Shown here: positions 20,882 through 31,226 of the stretch, one piece after another
How the letters are laid out: every line of letters starts with the position of its first letter
Numbering within the stretch: the first letter of the stretch is position 1
Source of the DNA: Desulfovibrio sp.
GTDB lineage: Bacteria; Bacillota; Dethiobacteria; DTU022
DNA: 64,000 bases
Direction of reading: 5' to 3'
Assembly (NCBI GenBank): GCA_020060545.1
Contig: JAGUZX010000135.1
Location: 4,734 to 68,733 of the forward strand
Notes under the pieces: model-generated
The model's database searches: none
Told to the model about the DNA's origin: nothing
Seen by the model: only the letters and a program-made list of their open reading frames with translations
Translations under genes and position numbers: made by a program

Positions 20882-20958
20882 GCAAGTTCAAAAAGTTCAT
20901 TCGGTGCCTGGCACCAAAATGAACTATCTGACAATTTACGGCTGCCGGTAAACGGGGC

Positions 20959-22041
20959 CTAACTACCGTTCTTTTGGCGGTACATTTTCTGATCGGCCAC
21001 CCGTAAAAGCTCTTCCATCGTTTGCCCTTCTACCGGGTATTCCGCCACTCCGCCGCTGATACTGAGCCTTACCTGTTGGCTTTGGAAGAAATAGGGATGG
21101 TTTTGGATCGCATGCCGCATGCGCTGCAAGGCCTGTTCGGCCTGTTCCCGCCCTGCACCGCATAAAAGGAGCAGGAATTCATCTCCACCGTAACGGGCCA
21201 AGGTCTCACCGCCCCGCACCGCAGCCTTCAAAATCCCGGCGACATGTTTTAAAACCTCGTCCCCGGTTGTATGACCGAACCGGTCATTGACCTTTTTGAA
21301 CAGGTCCAGGTCCAAAAAAGCGAGCGCAAAGCGGCCTCCGGTTCGAGGACAGCGCTTAATCTCTTCTCTAATCCTTTCCCGGACGTAACCGCTATGGTAT
21401 AGCCCGGTGAGGTGATCGGTCACCGAAGAAGTGTAGAGTTCTTTCCGCAGTCTGAATTCTTCTTTTACCAATACACTGGTGGTCCAAATGAGGAAACAAA
21501 AGCTGCCCAGACCCGCTAGCAGGTAAAGCTCAATCGGGTAGTTGAAATTATCTGGCGCAAATAAAAAATTAATGGCTGTTAAAACTGCCGTTAGGCCAAG
21601 GCTTAGAAAGCCGAATTTTAATCCAAAGCGCACCGTGCAAACCAGGATGGGAACACTAAAGGCAATCTGGAAAAAACTCTTGACCCCACCGGTTAGGTAA
21701 ACCAGGCTGCCGATTAATAAAAAATCAAAGCAATCCAAAATGAGGTAAACGGGGGTGTTCCTCAAGGAAAGTGTCTTCTTCCGGTAACGAAAAATGCTGT
21801 AGGCAACAGCAAGAAGGATTAATCCCGCGAGCGGTTTTTTCACATGGGTTAAGTAGGGATAGGCCAAACTAAGTATCAAAAAACAAAACAAAAGGAACCA
21901 GATCCGCAGCATTTTATAAAAACGGCTCAGTTCCAGGTTCCGCCTGGCTTCATAATTATGATCGCTATACCGGCCTGAAGTTGTAAGAGTGGCGGTACCG
22001 TCTTCATAATCCAAAGTAGTTTCCCAGCGCTGCAAATTCAA
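20959..22041 (-). CDS. Membrane-anchored GGDEF diguanylate cyclase
   Basis: Five to six predicted TM helices followed by GGDEF domain (RYGGDEFLLLL). Confidence 0.8.
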   Translation of the reverse strand: MNLQRWETTLDYEDGTATLTTSGRYSDHNYEARRNLELSRFYKMLRIWFLLFCFLILSLAYPYLTHVKKPLAGLILLAVAYSIFRYRKKTLSLRNTPVYLILDCFDFLLIGSLVYLTGGVKSFFQIAFSVPILVCTVRFGLKFGFLSLGLTAVLTAINFLFAPDNFNYPIELYLLAGLGSFCFLIWTTSVLVKEEFRLRKELYTSSVTDHLTGLYHSGYVRERIREEIKRCPRTGGRFALAFLDLDLFKKVNDRFGHTTGDEVLKHVAGILKAAVRGGETLARYGGDEFLLLLCGAGREQAEQALQRMRHAIQNHPYFFQSQQVRLSISGGVAEYPVEGQTMEELLRVADQKMYRQKNGS

Positions 22042-22270
22042 ACCGGCCCACCCCCCCCTGTAGCTCCATTATCTTTAGCGGATCGCGCATAATATACGAC
22101 TAACAGAAAACTATTGCATCCCACTTATCAATCATCATTGTCATTTGTGCAAAGTTCAGGAGGTAAACTGCTTTTCTGATCCGGATGTGGTGTGCCATTT
22201 TGCAGCGGTTGCTGCGTTATTATAGCAGAACGATTGGTTAAAGTAAACCTTTTTCTGGACGGTTTGCCTT

Positions 22271-22302
22271 TTATTTATAACTATTTATAACTATTTATAA
22301 CT
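22271..22302. repeat. Tandem 10-bp repeat (C/T)TATTTATAA x3 plus partial copy, about 80 bp upstream of the GH18 gene
   Basis: ttatttataa ctatttataa ctatttataa ct read directly in sequence. Confidence 0.8.
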
Positions 22303-22382
22303 GCCTGCCAGTCATTTCACAAAAAGGAGAAACGGTCTGAGTTGTTGAAAAAAAAGGTACAGTACGGCATGGAGGCCGACCA

Positions 22383-24122
22383 ATGAACAATAGTTTCCCG
22401 GATCCACTCCAAACCGGATCCGTTTTTCCGGTTAAGCGCAAACAACCCGGCATCATGATCCATACCCTGGCGTTACTGCTGATGGCCGCGGTTTGCAGCG
22501 TCACCGTTCATCTGGCTCCGGGTTTAATCCAGGTGCCCTGGGGAAGCCGGACAGTCGTAGTAATCGGGAATCAGAAGGCGGGCGAGGGGAAAGCAAAGGT
22601 TGAAGAGCGCGAAATATACATTCACGTTGAAATCCTGAGATCATACCTGGATCCCAATTTCTTTTGGGACGCGCAGGAAAAGATTGCGGTCATTACCACG
22701 GCCGATCGGGTAATCCACATGTACAGCGAAACGCTGTCGGCGGAGATTAATCTGCAGCCGGTCGAACTCCAGTTTCCTCTCCGGGAAGAAGAAGACGGCC
22801 TTTACCTGCCGCTGTGTTTCCTGGCGGATTATTACGAGCTCCAGGTCGGCTATCATCCTGAAACCGACACATTGGTGATTGACCAATTCGGTGACACGGC
22901 GCACCTGGCTGTTATCGGTTCCCGTAGCGTCCGCCTCCGCGAAAGGCCCGGCTTGCACCACCCTTACCTGACCGTCCTGGAACGCGGCGAAAAGGTCAGA
23001 GTCCAGGAGCTTCAAGCAAGCTGGAGCCTGGTGCGTACCGCCGGCGGGTTAACCGGCTACATCCCGCGAAACAGTTTTTATCTAACCGGTCCCTTTCCGC
23101 TTCCTGAACACCCGCCCGCCGTCGATGCGGTTCGAGAGAAACAGTTTCCGCGGCACCCCCTGGTGATGACCTGGGAATTTGCCTATACCAGGCCAAACAT
23201 CAACACCATCGGACCGATGGCTCCGCTCCAGGTGATTTCTCCAACCTGGTTTCAGCTGCGGGACGCCCAGGGCAACCTTAGCAACCGGGCCGATCCCGCC
23301 TATGCCCACTGGGCCAAGGAAAGGGGTTACCTGATCTGGGCTCTGGCAAGCAACGACTTCCACAGCCCCGGGGATACGGCCCAGGTTCTAGCCAGTTCAA
23401 CGCTCCGGCGAAAGGTGATTAATCAATTGTTGATTTATGCCCGCCTTTACGAACTGGACGGCCTGAACATCGATTTCGAGAATTTTCACTATCAATACAG
23501 AGACTACTTTACCCAGTTTATCCGAGAGCTGGCGCCGCTTTGCCGGTCCGAAGGGTTAGTGCTTTCCGTAGATCTAACCATGATCTCCATGGAGCCGTAC
23601 TGGAGCAGGGGATATGATCGGCGGGCCCTGGCCGAGGCGGCCGACTACGTCATTTTGATGGCGTATGATGAACACTGGGAAAACGGCCCCGTTCCCGGCC
23701 CGGTAGCCTCCCTGCCCTGGGTCGAAAGGGGCCTGCAGAAAGTACTGCAAGAAGTTGACGCCGAAAAACTAATCCTGGGGGTGCCTTTTTATACCAGGCT
23801 ATGGCAGGTGGAGAACCTGGCCGGAGGGGGTGAAAATATCAGCTCCAAATCGTATTCCATGGTGTGGATCGACCAGCTCCTGGCCGAGAAAAAAGCCCGC
23901 TTTGAGTGGGACAGCCGGGCGCTTCAACACATGGCGGAATATTCTGAGGACGGCAGTCTTTACAAGGTTTGGTTGGAAGACGCAGCTTCGCTGACACAGC
24001 GGCTCGAACTGGTCAACCGCTACCGCCTGGCGGGAGTAGCCGGATGGAGGCGGGGACTGGAAAAACCGGAGACCTGGGAGTTAATCAGCACGGTCCTTGC
24101 CGGCTACGGCCAAAACCGGTAG
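22383..24122 (+). CDS. GH18-family glycoside hydrolase with N-terminal cell-wall-binding-like and SH3-like domains (SleL/YaaH/YdhD-like spore peptidoglycan hydrolase)
   Basis: GH18 catalytic motif region (DGLNIDFE), N-terminal signal/TM, SH3b-like segment. Confidence 0.65.
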   Translation: MNNSFPDPLQTGSVFPVKRKQPGIMIHTLALLLMAAVCSVTVHLAPGLIQVPWGSRTVVVIGNQKAGEGKAKVEEREIYIHVEILRSYLDPNFFWDAQEKIAVITTADRVIHMYSETLSAEINLQPVELQFPLREEEDGLYLPLCFLADYYELQVGYHPETDTLVIDQFGDTAHLAVIGSRSVRLRERPGLHHPYLTVLERGEKVRVQELQASWSLVRTAGGLTGYIPRNSFYLTGPFPLPEHPPAVDAVREKQFPRHPLVMTWEFAYTRPNINTIGPMAPLQVISPTWFQLRDAQGNLSNRADPAYAHWAKERGYLIWALASNDFHSPGDTAQVLASSTLRRKVINQLLIYARLYELDGLNIDFENFHYQYRDYFTQFIRELAPLCRSEGLVLSVDLTMISMEPYWSRGYDRRALAEAADYVILMAYDEHWENGPVPGPVASLPWVERGLQKVLQEVDAEKLILGVPFYTRLWQVENLAGGGENISSKSYSMVWIDQLLAEKKARFEWDSRALQHMAEYSEDGSLYKVWLEDAASLTQRLELVNRYRLAGVAGWRRGLEKPETWELISTVLAGYGQNR

Positions 24123-24164
24123 GCGATATTTGCCGGCACCGGGTTGCCGGCGGGCTGTACAAGG

Positions 24165-26147
24165 CTACGACCGCAGAATCCGGTTAATCTCTCTCGCCAG
24201 GTCCTCTACCTTCGACGGTTTGGCAATAAAGCCCTTGAACCCGTAACGGCTGTATTCGCGGGCTACCGGGTCATTTGTATAACCGGTGGAAACTATCGCT
24301 TTAACCCCGGGATCAACCTGCATTAATTTTTGCATCGTTTCTTTGCCTCCCATGCCTCCGGCGACGGTTAAATCCATGATCACGACATCATACGGGCGGC
24401 CAGAATCGAGGCCCCTCCGGTACAGCTCAAGCGCTTCCTGCCCGTCGCCTGCCACTTCGGTTTGATAGCCTAGCTCGGCCAATAAATCGCTGGTTATCTC
24501 CGCCAAGATCTTGTTGTCATCCATCAGCAAAATTCTACCCTGTCCCGCGACAATGCTCTTCTTTTCTACCTCACGAGATATAATTTCACCGGTGAATGCC
24601 GGTAAATAAAGAAAGAAGGTTGTCCCTTGCCCCGGTTTGGAATCAACCCTGATATGCCCGTTATGCTTAGTGATCACAGAGTAAGTAATTGCCAGCCCGA
24701 GACCGCTGCCTTCGGGCTTAGTCGTAAAAAACGGATCGAATATTTTTGCCAGGTGTTCTTCCAAAATACCGCAGCCCTGATCTGCAATCGTGATTTTTAC
24801 ATAATTTTCAGCGGGCAAATCGACACCCCGTAAATACGATTCTCCCTCGCCGGGGACATTTTCCAGTTTAACCCGGATTGTGCCGCCATTCGGCATGGCC
24901 TGCATGGCGTTGATCATGATATTATTAATCGCCTGGCTGATCTGGCCTTCGTCTACTTCAACCGGTAGCAGCTGACCGGGGATGGACAATTCAAAACCGA
25001 TGTTGGAACCGCTTAAAACCAGAGAGGCGGTTTCTTTAATCAAATCTTGCACATAAACAGCTTTCTTTAACGGGACGCTTTCTTTGGCAAAAGTAAGCAG
25101 TTGGGTGCTTAGCCTTTTAGCCTGTTGAACTACCTTTTCGACCTCACCCAGCTTTTCAAGCAGCATGTTCCGATCCCTCAAATAAAGGCGGGCCAAAAAA
25201 ATATTCGCCAGGATAACCGCCAGGCAGTTATTGAAGTCGTGTGCAATCCCACTGGCCAGAATACCGACAGATTCAAGCTTCGATGCTTTCAGGTACTCTT
25301 CATCTCTTTTTTTCCGGTCGGTAACATCCCGGGTCACGAAAACAATCCCTACAGGAGAACCGTTTTCATCCGGCAGAATGCAACCTGATACCTCCGCCCA
25401 GATATAGCTGCCTTTGGCATGCCTGATCCGGGTCTCGATACTTTTGGGTGATGCGGTTAAGATCAGTGTGTGGAAAGTGGCCTTGAATTTTTCCACTTCG
25501 TCCGGATGGATCAAATCAAAAGAAAGCTTTCCCACTATTTCTGCTTCGTCGTAACCCAAAATGTATTTTATGGAAGGGCTGACATAGATATAATAGCCGT
25601 CCAAATCTGTTTGGGAGACTACATCAAGCATACCTTCGGCAATACGCCGCAGTCGGGCTTCACTCTCATAGGCCTCTTTCTCTTGTTGCTTCCGCTCACT
25701 CGCGCGGCCGTAAAACGGTTTGCCGGGGACAAGATCTGCTCCGGTCCTGGCCGGGCTTTCAAGGCAAAAAAAGAAATCCGCCTCTGACAGCGGTTTATAA
25801 ATGTAATCGTCGGCTCCCCGGCCCAAGAACTCATGCAATCTGGCGCGTCTCTCCCATTCCAAAACAACAATTTTTTTTATGGCAGGGGAGTTGCTGCGGC
25901 TGCACTGCAGCAAAACGCTTACGTCCAAACCGGGTAAGCAAGGATCGAGCAGTATATGATCAATTTGATTTTCTTGTACCAGGCGCAACGCTTCTTCCGT
26001 GGAAGCGCAGGTGAAGCAAATGACCTTGTTTTTTCGCTTTGCCAGCAGGATTTTAACCTGATCATGCAGCACCTGATCGCCGGCGATAAGGAGCTTCAAT
26101 CCAGACACCCCTTTAAAAGTATCAAGTATAAGGCAGATTTTAAGCAA
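24165..26147 (-). CDS. Hybrid sensor histidine kinase / response regulator (REC-PAS-HisKA-HATPase-REC)
   Basis: N-terminal receiver-like domain, PAS, H-box ([10 protein letters not shown]), HATPase, C-terminal receiver ([11 protein letters not shown]). Confidence 0.8.
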   Translation of the reverse strand: MLKICLILDTFKGVSGLKLLIAGDQVLHDQVKILLAKRKNKVICFTCASTEEALRLVQENQIDHILLDPCLPGLDVSVLLQCSRSNSPAIKKIVVLEWERRARLHEFLGRGADDYIYKPLSEADFFFCLESPARTGADLVPGKPFYGRASERKQQEKEAYESEARLRRIAEGMLDVVSQTDLDGYYIYVSPSIKYILGYDEAEIVGKLSFDLIHPDEVEKFKATFHTLILTASPKSIETRIRHAKGSYIWAEVSGCILPDENGSPVGIVFVTRDVTDRKKRDEEYLKASKLESVGILASGIAHDFNNCLAVILANIFLARLYLRDRNMLLEKLGEVEKVVQQAKRLSTQLLTFAKESVPLKKAVYVQDLIKETASLVLSGSNIGFELSIPGQLLPVEVDEGQISQAINNIMINAMQAMPNGGTIRVKLENVPGEGESYLRGVDLPAENYVKITIADQGCGILEEHLAKIFDPFFTTKPEGSGLGLAITYSVITKHNGHIRVDSKPGQGTTFFLYLPAFTGEIISREVEKKSIVAGQGRILLMDDNKILAEITSDLLAELGYQTEVAGDGQEALELYRRGLDSGRPYDVVIMDLTVAGGMGGKETMQKLMQVDPGVKAIVSTGYTNDPVAREYSRYGFKGFIAKPSKVEDLAREINRILRS

Positions 26148-26471
26148 TGGCTTACTTGTCTTGATTACTTTGTTTCCGGGGGTAATGGGTTAGTTTTTAC
26201 GAGTGATGATGTTATTTAAAGGGCGGCACCAGTCGTTGCGACTGCAGATCGGTTCATTCTTCCCCGGCCGGTAAAACCAGCGCCAATCTTATATTGGCTA
26301 AACAACATTCTCTATCCAGGCGCTAATTTCCTGCCTGTCGTAAACCATGGAAATTGGCGAGGCACTTTTCTGCTCCGATAAATACGGCACGCCATGCCCG
26401 TTAACTTGCCAGCGCTTGGACCAATTATGGCGTGCCGTATCGCCGGTAAAGACCGGCTTGGGAGCCCAGTT

Positions 26472-26732
26472 TTAAAACAATCTTTCGTTCAGCTCCGCTA
26501 CGATTTCTTCCGGTCTCTTTCCCGCCGCGTTAATCACGACAGCCCGTCCTGAAATATCCTGCATCCCCATCATGTTGTCGTCCAACCCCGAAACAACAAC
26601 CGCATCGTAATCTCCCATCCCTTGTTCACTGATCCTGGCGTTGCTCTCCAGGTTTACAACATCAAACCCCTCCTGGTAAAGCAGGCGTTTGACCGGCGAT
26701 AAACCATCGCTTACAGCAACTCTTTTGGGCAT
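26472..26732 (-). CDS. YkuS-family small protein (UPF0180)
   Basis: 86-aa protein resembling B. subtilis YkuS. Confidence 0.65.
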   Translation of the reverse strand: MPKRVAVSDGLSPVKRLLYQEGFDVVNLESNARISEQGMGDYDAVVVSGLDDNMMGMQDISGRAVVINAAGKRPEEIVAELNERLF

Positions 26733-26776
26733 CTGTATAAACCTCCCGATTAAATTAACCGCTCTCTATTCGCCGC

Positions 26777-27013
26777 TCAACCGGCGGCGTTTGTAACCGT
26801 AATGACCATGCTTATTTCTCCCTGGCTCCCGGCAGACCTGAACATTTCGCGCAAGCTTTGCCAGACCTGTTCTTCGGAGCCCTGCAGAAAAGTGCTGATT
26901 GAACCCACCGCATAGTGAACGCCGTGGCCGTTTAACAGCTCAATCGAGTTTGTGATGGCCGCGCTTGCGTCATCGGTCTTTAACGGGTAAATGGATACTT
27001 CGGCTGAAATCAT
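26777..27013 (-). CDS. MTH1187/YkoF-family (thiamine-binding-like) small protein
   Basis: MISAEVSIYPL start with GAGGTGAG RBS. DUF77 fold pattern. Confidence 0.65.
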   Translation of the reverse strand: MISAEVSIYPLKTDDASAAITNSIELLNGHGVHYAVGSISTFLQGSEEQVWQSLREMFRSAGSQGEISMVITVTNAAG

Positions 27014-27180
27014 TTTTCTCACCTCGCTTGTTTCGCCCATTCAACCAACTATATTTGTTTTTCCCACCAGGATGGTGATTATGTATCACCCCAAACAGCA
27101 AAAAATGCGTTGACAGATACCGGTAAATTAAGTATGATCAATGTGCACGGGCATGTGCACACAGAACTCGTTACGGGAGG

Positions 27181-28389
27181 ATGCCAGTCGTGGATGCCTT
27201 CGGGCAAAAAATCGCCGCTTTTTCGAAACAGGTTGAGGATCTCCGCCAGAAAGACCACTATTATTACCTGCAGCAGATTGACCGCCTGAACGGCGCCCGG
27301 GTTGAAATCGAAGGGCGGGAGATGGTTATGTTTTCATCGTACAGTTATCTCGGTCTCCTCAAGCATCCCCGGATCGAGGCGGCGGCCAAAGAGGCAGTGG
27401 ATCGCTTCGGTACAGGCACTCATGGAGTGCGGATCCTGGCCGGAACCACGGCCCTGCACAACTAGTTGGAGGAGAAAATGGCCTCCTTCATGGGTACGGA
27501 AGCCGCTATCGCTTACAGCAGCGGCTACGCGGCCAATCTGTCGACTATCTCCACCCTTACGGGGCGGCACGATATCGTTATCACCGATCGCCTCAGCCAT
27601 GCCAGCATTGTGGACGGCTGTATGCTTTCCCAGGCCGAATTCGTGCGTTTTAAACACAACGACCTGGCCGACCTGGCCAAGATCTTGGAAAAAGCGGGCT
27701 CCAACTACAAGGGGAAGCTGGTGGTTGTGGACGCGGTCTACAGTATGGATGGGGACCTCTGCCCTCTCCCGGATCTGCTGCAGCTATGCCGGGATCACCG
27801 CGCCTGGCTGTTGGTCGACGAAGCCCACTCGCTGGGGGTACTGGGTGAAACGGGACGCGGTATTCTTGAATACTACGGTATTACCGCCGATCAACCCGGG
27901 TTGATCCTTTCCGGTTCTCTCAGCAAAACAATCCCGGCCGTGGGCGGTTATATCGCGGGTAAGGCAAACCTGATTAATTTCCTCAAGCACAGCGCCCGCG
28001 CTTTTGTCTTCTCCGCGGCGCTGCCTCCCGCCGCCGTAGCGGCAGCCAAAACCGCGTTTGAGGTAATGGAGGAAGAAACCTGGCGCCTGGAGGCGGTCCG
28101 CCGCAACATCCGGCGTTTTATCGAAGGCTTGCACGCCCTGGGCTACAACACTCTGAACACCAAAAGCTGCGTTATCCCGATCATTATTGGGCAACCGGAG
28201 CCCACCCTCTCTCTAACCTGTGCCCTGCACGATGACGGAATGTTTGTCTCCCCCATCCTGCCGCCGGCGGTACCGGCGGGCACCTGCCGCTTGCGGGCCA
28301 ATGTCACCAGCGCCCATACCGGCGATGACATCGATTTTGCCCTGGGCTTACTGGAAAGACACGGGCAAAGAATGGGCATCATCGCCTGA
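27181..28389 (+). pseudogene. Alpha-oxoamine synthase family gene (SPT/BioF/Kbl-like PLP enzyme) interrupted by an in-frame TAG at 27463-27465
   Basis: ORFs 27181..27465 and 27466..28389 share one frame. Together they form a full-length AOS (DAVYSMDGD, DEAHS, SLSKTIPAVGGY PLP-lysine). The stop replaces a variable residue in the conserved H-x-x-LEEK region. Confidence 0.6.
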
Positions 28390-28395
28390 CCCCTG

Positions 28396-29253
28396 TTACT
28401 TGACCCGGTAATATTGCATCAGGCTCGCTTCGAAAAGCCGCTGCGGTAAAACTTTTTTCAGGAAGATTGCGCTTTTCTGGGACAGGGGGGCAAAGGTATA
28501 GCGCAGGCGGGGTTTAGTGGTATGGATAATTTTTTCGACCAGGCGGCCCAGGGCGTCAGGGAGCGGGCCGTTTTGCTCGTCTTTTTCCATCACGCTCAGG
28601 GAGCGGCGAAAATTTTCCCGGTAGGGTGAGTCATTCTGCGCCGCTTCCCGTGATACAATGCGGTTTGCCGTGAATGCGCTCTTGATATCACCGGGTTCGA
28701 TTAAAACGACCCTGATCCCGTAAGAACGGACCTCCATGCGGAGCGCTTCTGTAAGGCCCTCCAGAGCAAACTTGGCGGCGCTGTAGAAACCCTGGAAAGG
28801 AATGGCGATCAAACCGGCAAGCGAGCTGATGTTGATGATCAGGCCTCCACCGGCAAGGCGCATCAGGGGCAGCGCACACCGGCACACTCGCAATGGGCCG
28901 AAAAAATTGGTTTCAAACTGCGCCCTGGCTTCTTCCAAGGCGGTCTCTTCCACCGCACCGGCCAGGCCGTAACCAGCGTTATTAACCACCACGTCCAGGC
29001 GGCCCTCTCTCCGCCAAATCTGCTCGATCCCGCTCTTAACGGAATCGTCACTGTTCACATCCATATGCAGTATGATCGGCAAACCCGGGGCTTCCCCGGC
29101 AAACCCCGGCGCCGCCCTCCGGCTGGTCCCGTAAACCCGGTAACCTTTCTGCAAAAGGTATCCGGCGATAGATTCACCAATCCCCGACGAAGCTCCCGTC
29201 ACCAGTACAACCTTGCCCCCGCCGCTCACTCCCTCACCTCCCCAGATATTCAA
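28396..29253 (-). CDS. Short-chain dehydrogenase/reductase (SDR) family oxidoreductase
   Basis: TGASSGIG Rossmann motif, NNAG, YSAAK catalytic motif. Confidence 0.8.
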   Translation of the reverse strand: MNIWGGEGVSGGGKVVLVTGASSGIGESIAGYLLQKGYRVYGTSRRAAPGFAGEAPGLPIILHMDVNSDDSVKSGIEQIWRREGRLDVVVNNAGYGLAGAVEETALEEARAQFETNFFGPLRVCRCALPLMRLAGGGLIINISSLAGLIAIPFQGFYSAAKFALEGLTEALRMEVRSYGIRVVLIEPGDIKSAFTANRIVSREAAQNDSPYRENFRRSLSVMEKDEQNGPLPDALGRLVEKIIHTTKPRLRYTFAPLSQKSAIFLKKVLPQRLFEASLMQYYRVK

Positions 29254-29448
29254 CCAGTAATTTAAGATACTTTAAACTGCCGCCAAATTCCTGCCGTATC
29301 GGCAAATATACATTGGCGTTCCTTAGATCTCCGCAAGCTTAAACGAGGTACACATTTCAAAATGCTGAGTAGTATAGCTTTAGAGGATTAACCTAGGCTG
29401 TGGTTGGTCCTTAAGAATTAAGGCTGATGGAGGCAACCGGGTAACATT

Positions 29449-31116
29449 TTGGCGGAACTTGTAGAAGAGAAGTTATGGCATAAAAGTTACAGGCTTGGCT
29501 CCCGCCAGTTGGCGCGAAGTTTAACTCCTTATCCCGAACTGCCCTTATACACAATTTTAGATCACACGGCCTCCCGAAACCCTTCATCAAGTGCCGTAGA
29601 GTACTGCGAAAAAAAACTGAGCTATGCTGAACTGAAGGTGCAATGTGACAGTCTAGCCGCCGCCCTGGCCCGGCTCAAAGTAAAACCGGGGGATAAAGTA
29701 GTTACGATCCTGCCGACCTGCCCTCAATATATAATCAGCACGTTTGCAACCTTAATAACGGGTGCGGCCCATGTTCCATGCAGCATGCTCCAAAAAATAG
29801 AGGAGCTGGAGTACGAAATTCATGAGTCCGGGGCCAATACGGTAATTTGCTTACTTGAGCACTTGGACAGCATCAAATCAATTAGGCCCGGGACAAAGCT
29901 TAAGAATATTATCGTTACTTCAATTGATGATTATACCTTAGCACAGCCTGATCAATTAAAACGAATCAAGGGCGCCTACCAGTTCAGAGATTTAATCGCA
30001 AAATACAGGCCCCGCCCTCCAAAAGTCGTAATTAACCCCAGGGAAGATTTAGCCTACCTTGCTTTTACCGGGGGCGCAACAGGCCGGCCCAAAGGCGTAA
30101 TGCTGACGCACTATAACCGCCTGTGCAACGTACTGCAAGGGCTACCCTGGCTGTTGTCCACCTATGAGAAGCATCTCCGTGGAACCGGCTCGGTGATCAT
30201 CTCGGTCCCCCTTTTTCATTCATATGGTGATTGGATGATGCTGTCGGCGATTTACTGGGGCTTAAGAATAATCCTGGTCAGAGACCCCCGGGACATCGAT
30301 ACTTTGCTCGAGCTAATGATCAAAAACCGCCCTTTCCTGGTCAGTATTGTGCCCACTCAACTGATGAAGCTGCGTGAAAAGGATATCCCCGGCATGCCGG
30401 TGCAAATCATCTCCGGAGCGGCCTATTTACCGGACCATCTTCGTAAATCATTTTCTGAAAGGACTAAGATACCCGTATCGGAGGGCTACGGTTTAACAGA
30501 AGCCGGCCCTGTTACTCATATTAACCTGGCCGGCGCGTTCTCGCGCCAGGTAAAACACAGCATCGGCGTCCCGGTTCCGGATACGGCGGTGAAGTTAATT
30601 GATGAAGAGTCGGGTCAGGAATGCGCGATCGGCGAGGCAGGGCATATGTACATTAAAGGGCCTCAGGTAATGAAAGGTTACTGGCCAAACCCCGGGAACG
30701 GGTTGGTTGACGGTTGGCTCCCTACCGGCGATATCGCCCTGATGGATGAGGACGGTTACTTCTACCTGGTAGACCGCATTAAGGACATGGTAAATGTCTC
30801 CGGCTACAAAGTATATCCAGGCACCGTTGACGATATTTTATACCAGCACCCGGCAGTCTTCGCTGCGGCGTCCATCGGCGTGCCCGATCCGGAAAGGGGC
30901 GGGAGCGAAAGGATTAAAGCTTTTATCCAATTAAAGGAAGACTATAAAGGCAAAATAAGCGCCGCCGAGATCATTGAATTTTGCAAAGCTAAATGCCCGC
31001 CTTATGCCGTGCCGAGGTTTGTTGAATTTCGAGAAGACTTGCCTCTAACAGCAACCCAAAAGCTTTTTAAACGGAAATTAAGAGAAGAAGAGGCCGGCAA
31101 ACCGCAAACACAATAA
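29449..31116 (+). CDS. AMP-dependent synthetase/ligase (long-chain acyl-CoA/acyl-ACP synthetase-like)
   Basis: 555 aa. AMP-binding motifs (TGGATGRPKGV, GYGLTE, C-terminal PKTxxxK-type). Confidence 0.8.
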   Translation: MAELVEEKLWHKSYRLGSRQLARSLTPYPELPLYTILDHTASRNPSSSAVEYCEKKLSYAELKVQCDSLAAALARLKVKPGDKVVTILPTCPQYIISTFATLITGAAHVPCSMLQKIEELEYEIHESGANTVICLLEHLDSIKSIRPGTKLKNIIVTSIDDYTLAQPDQLKRIKGAYQFRDLIAKYRPRPPKVVINPREDLAYLAFTGGATGRPKGVMLTHYNRLCNVLQGLPWLLSTYEKHLRGTGSVIISVPLFHSYGDWMMLSAIYWGLRIILVRDPRDIDTLLELMIKNRPFLVSIVPTQLMKLREKDIPGMPVQIISGAAYLPDHLRKSFSERTKIPVSEGYGLTEAGPVTHINLAGAFSRQVKHSIGVPVPDTAVKLIDEESGQECAIGEAGHMYIKGPQVMKGYWPNPGNGLVDGWLPTGDIALMDEDGYFYLVDRIKDMVNVSGYKVYPGTVDDILYQHPAVFAAASIGVPDPERGGSERIKAFIQLKEDYKGKISAAEIIEFCKAKCPPYAVPRFVEFREDLPLTATQKLFKRKLREEEAGKPQTQ

Positions 31117-31226
31117 AGGGCGCACTTTGGACATTGCAGCGCAGCCCTTTATTTTCGCCTCTCCGGGAACCTTAAATCTTAGAGCTTATAGGATCACGAA
31201 AGTCCGCCGGTTAGGCAAACCCGGTA

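Noticed and set aside
27463-27465. TAG inside the AOS gene as a pyrrolysine codon
   Set aside because: No pylT/pylS/pylBCD is visible in the window. The position is not a conserved active-site residue, and Pyl use cannot be supported from this sequence alone. It is kept only as a remote possibility inside the main finding.
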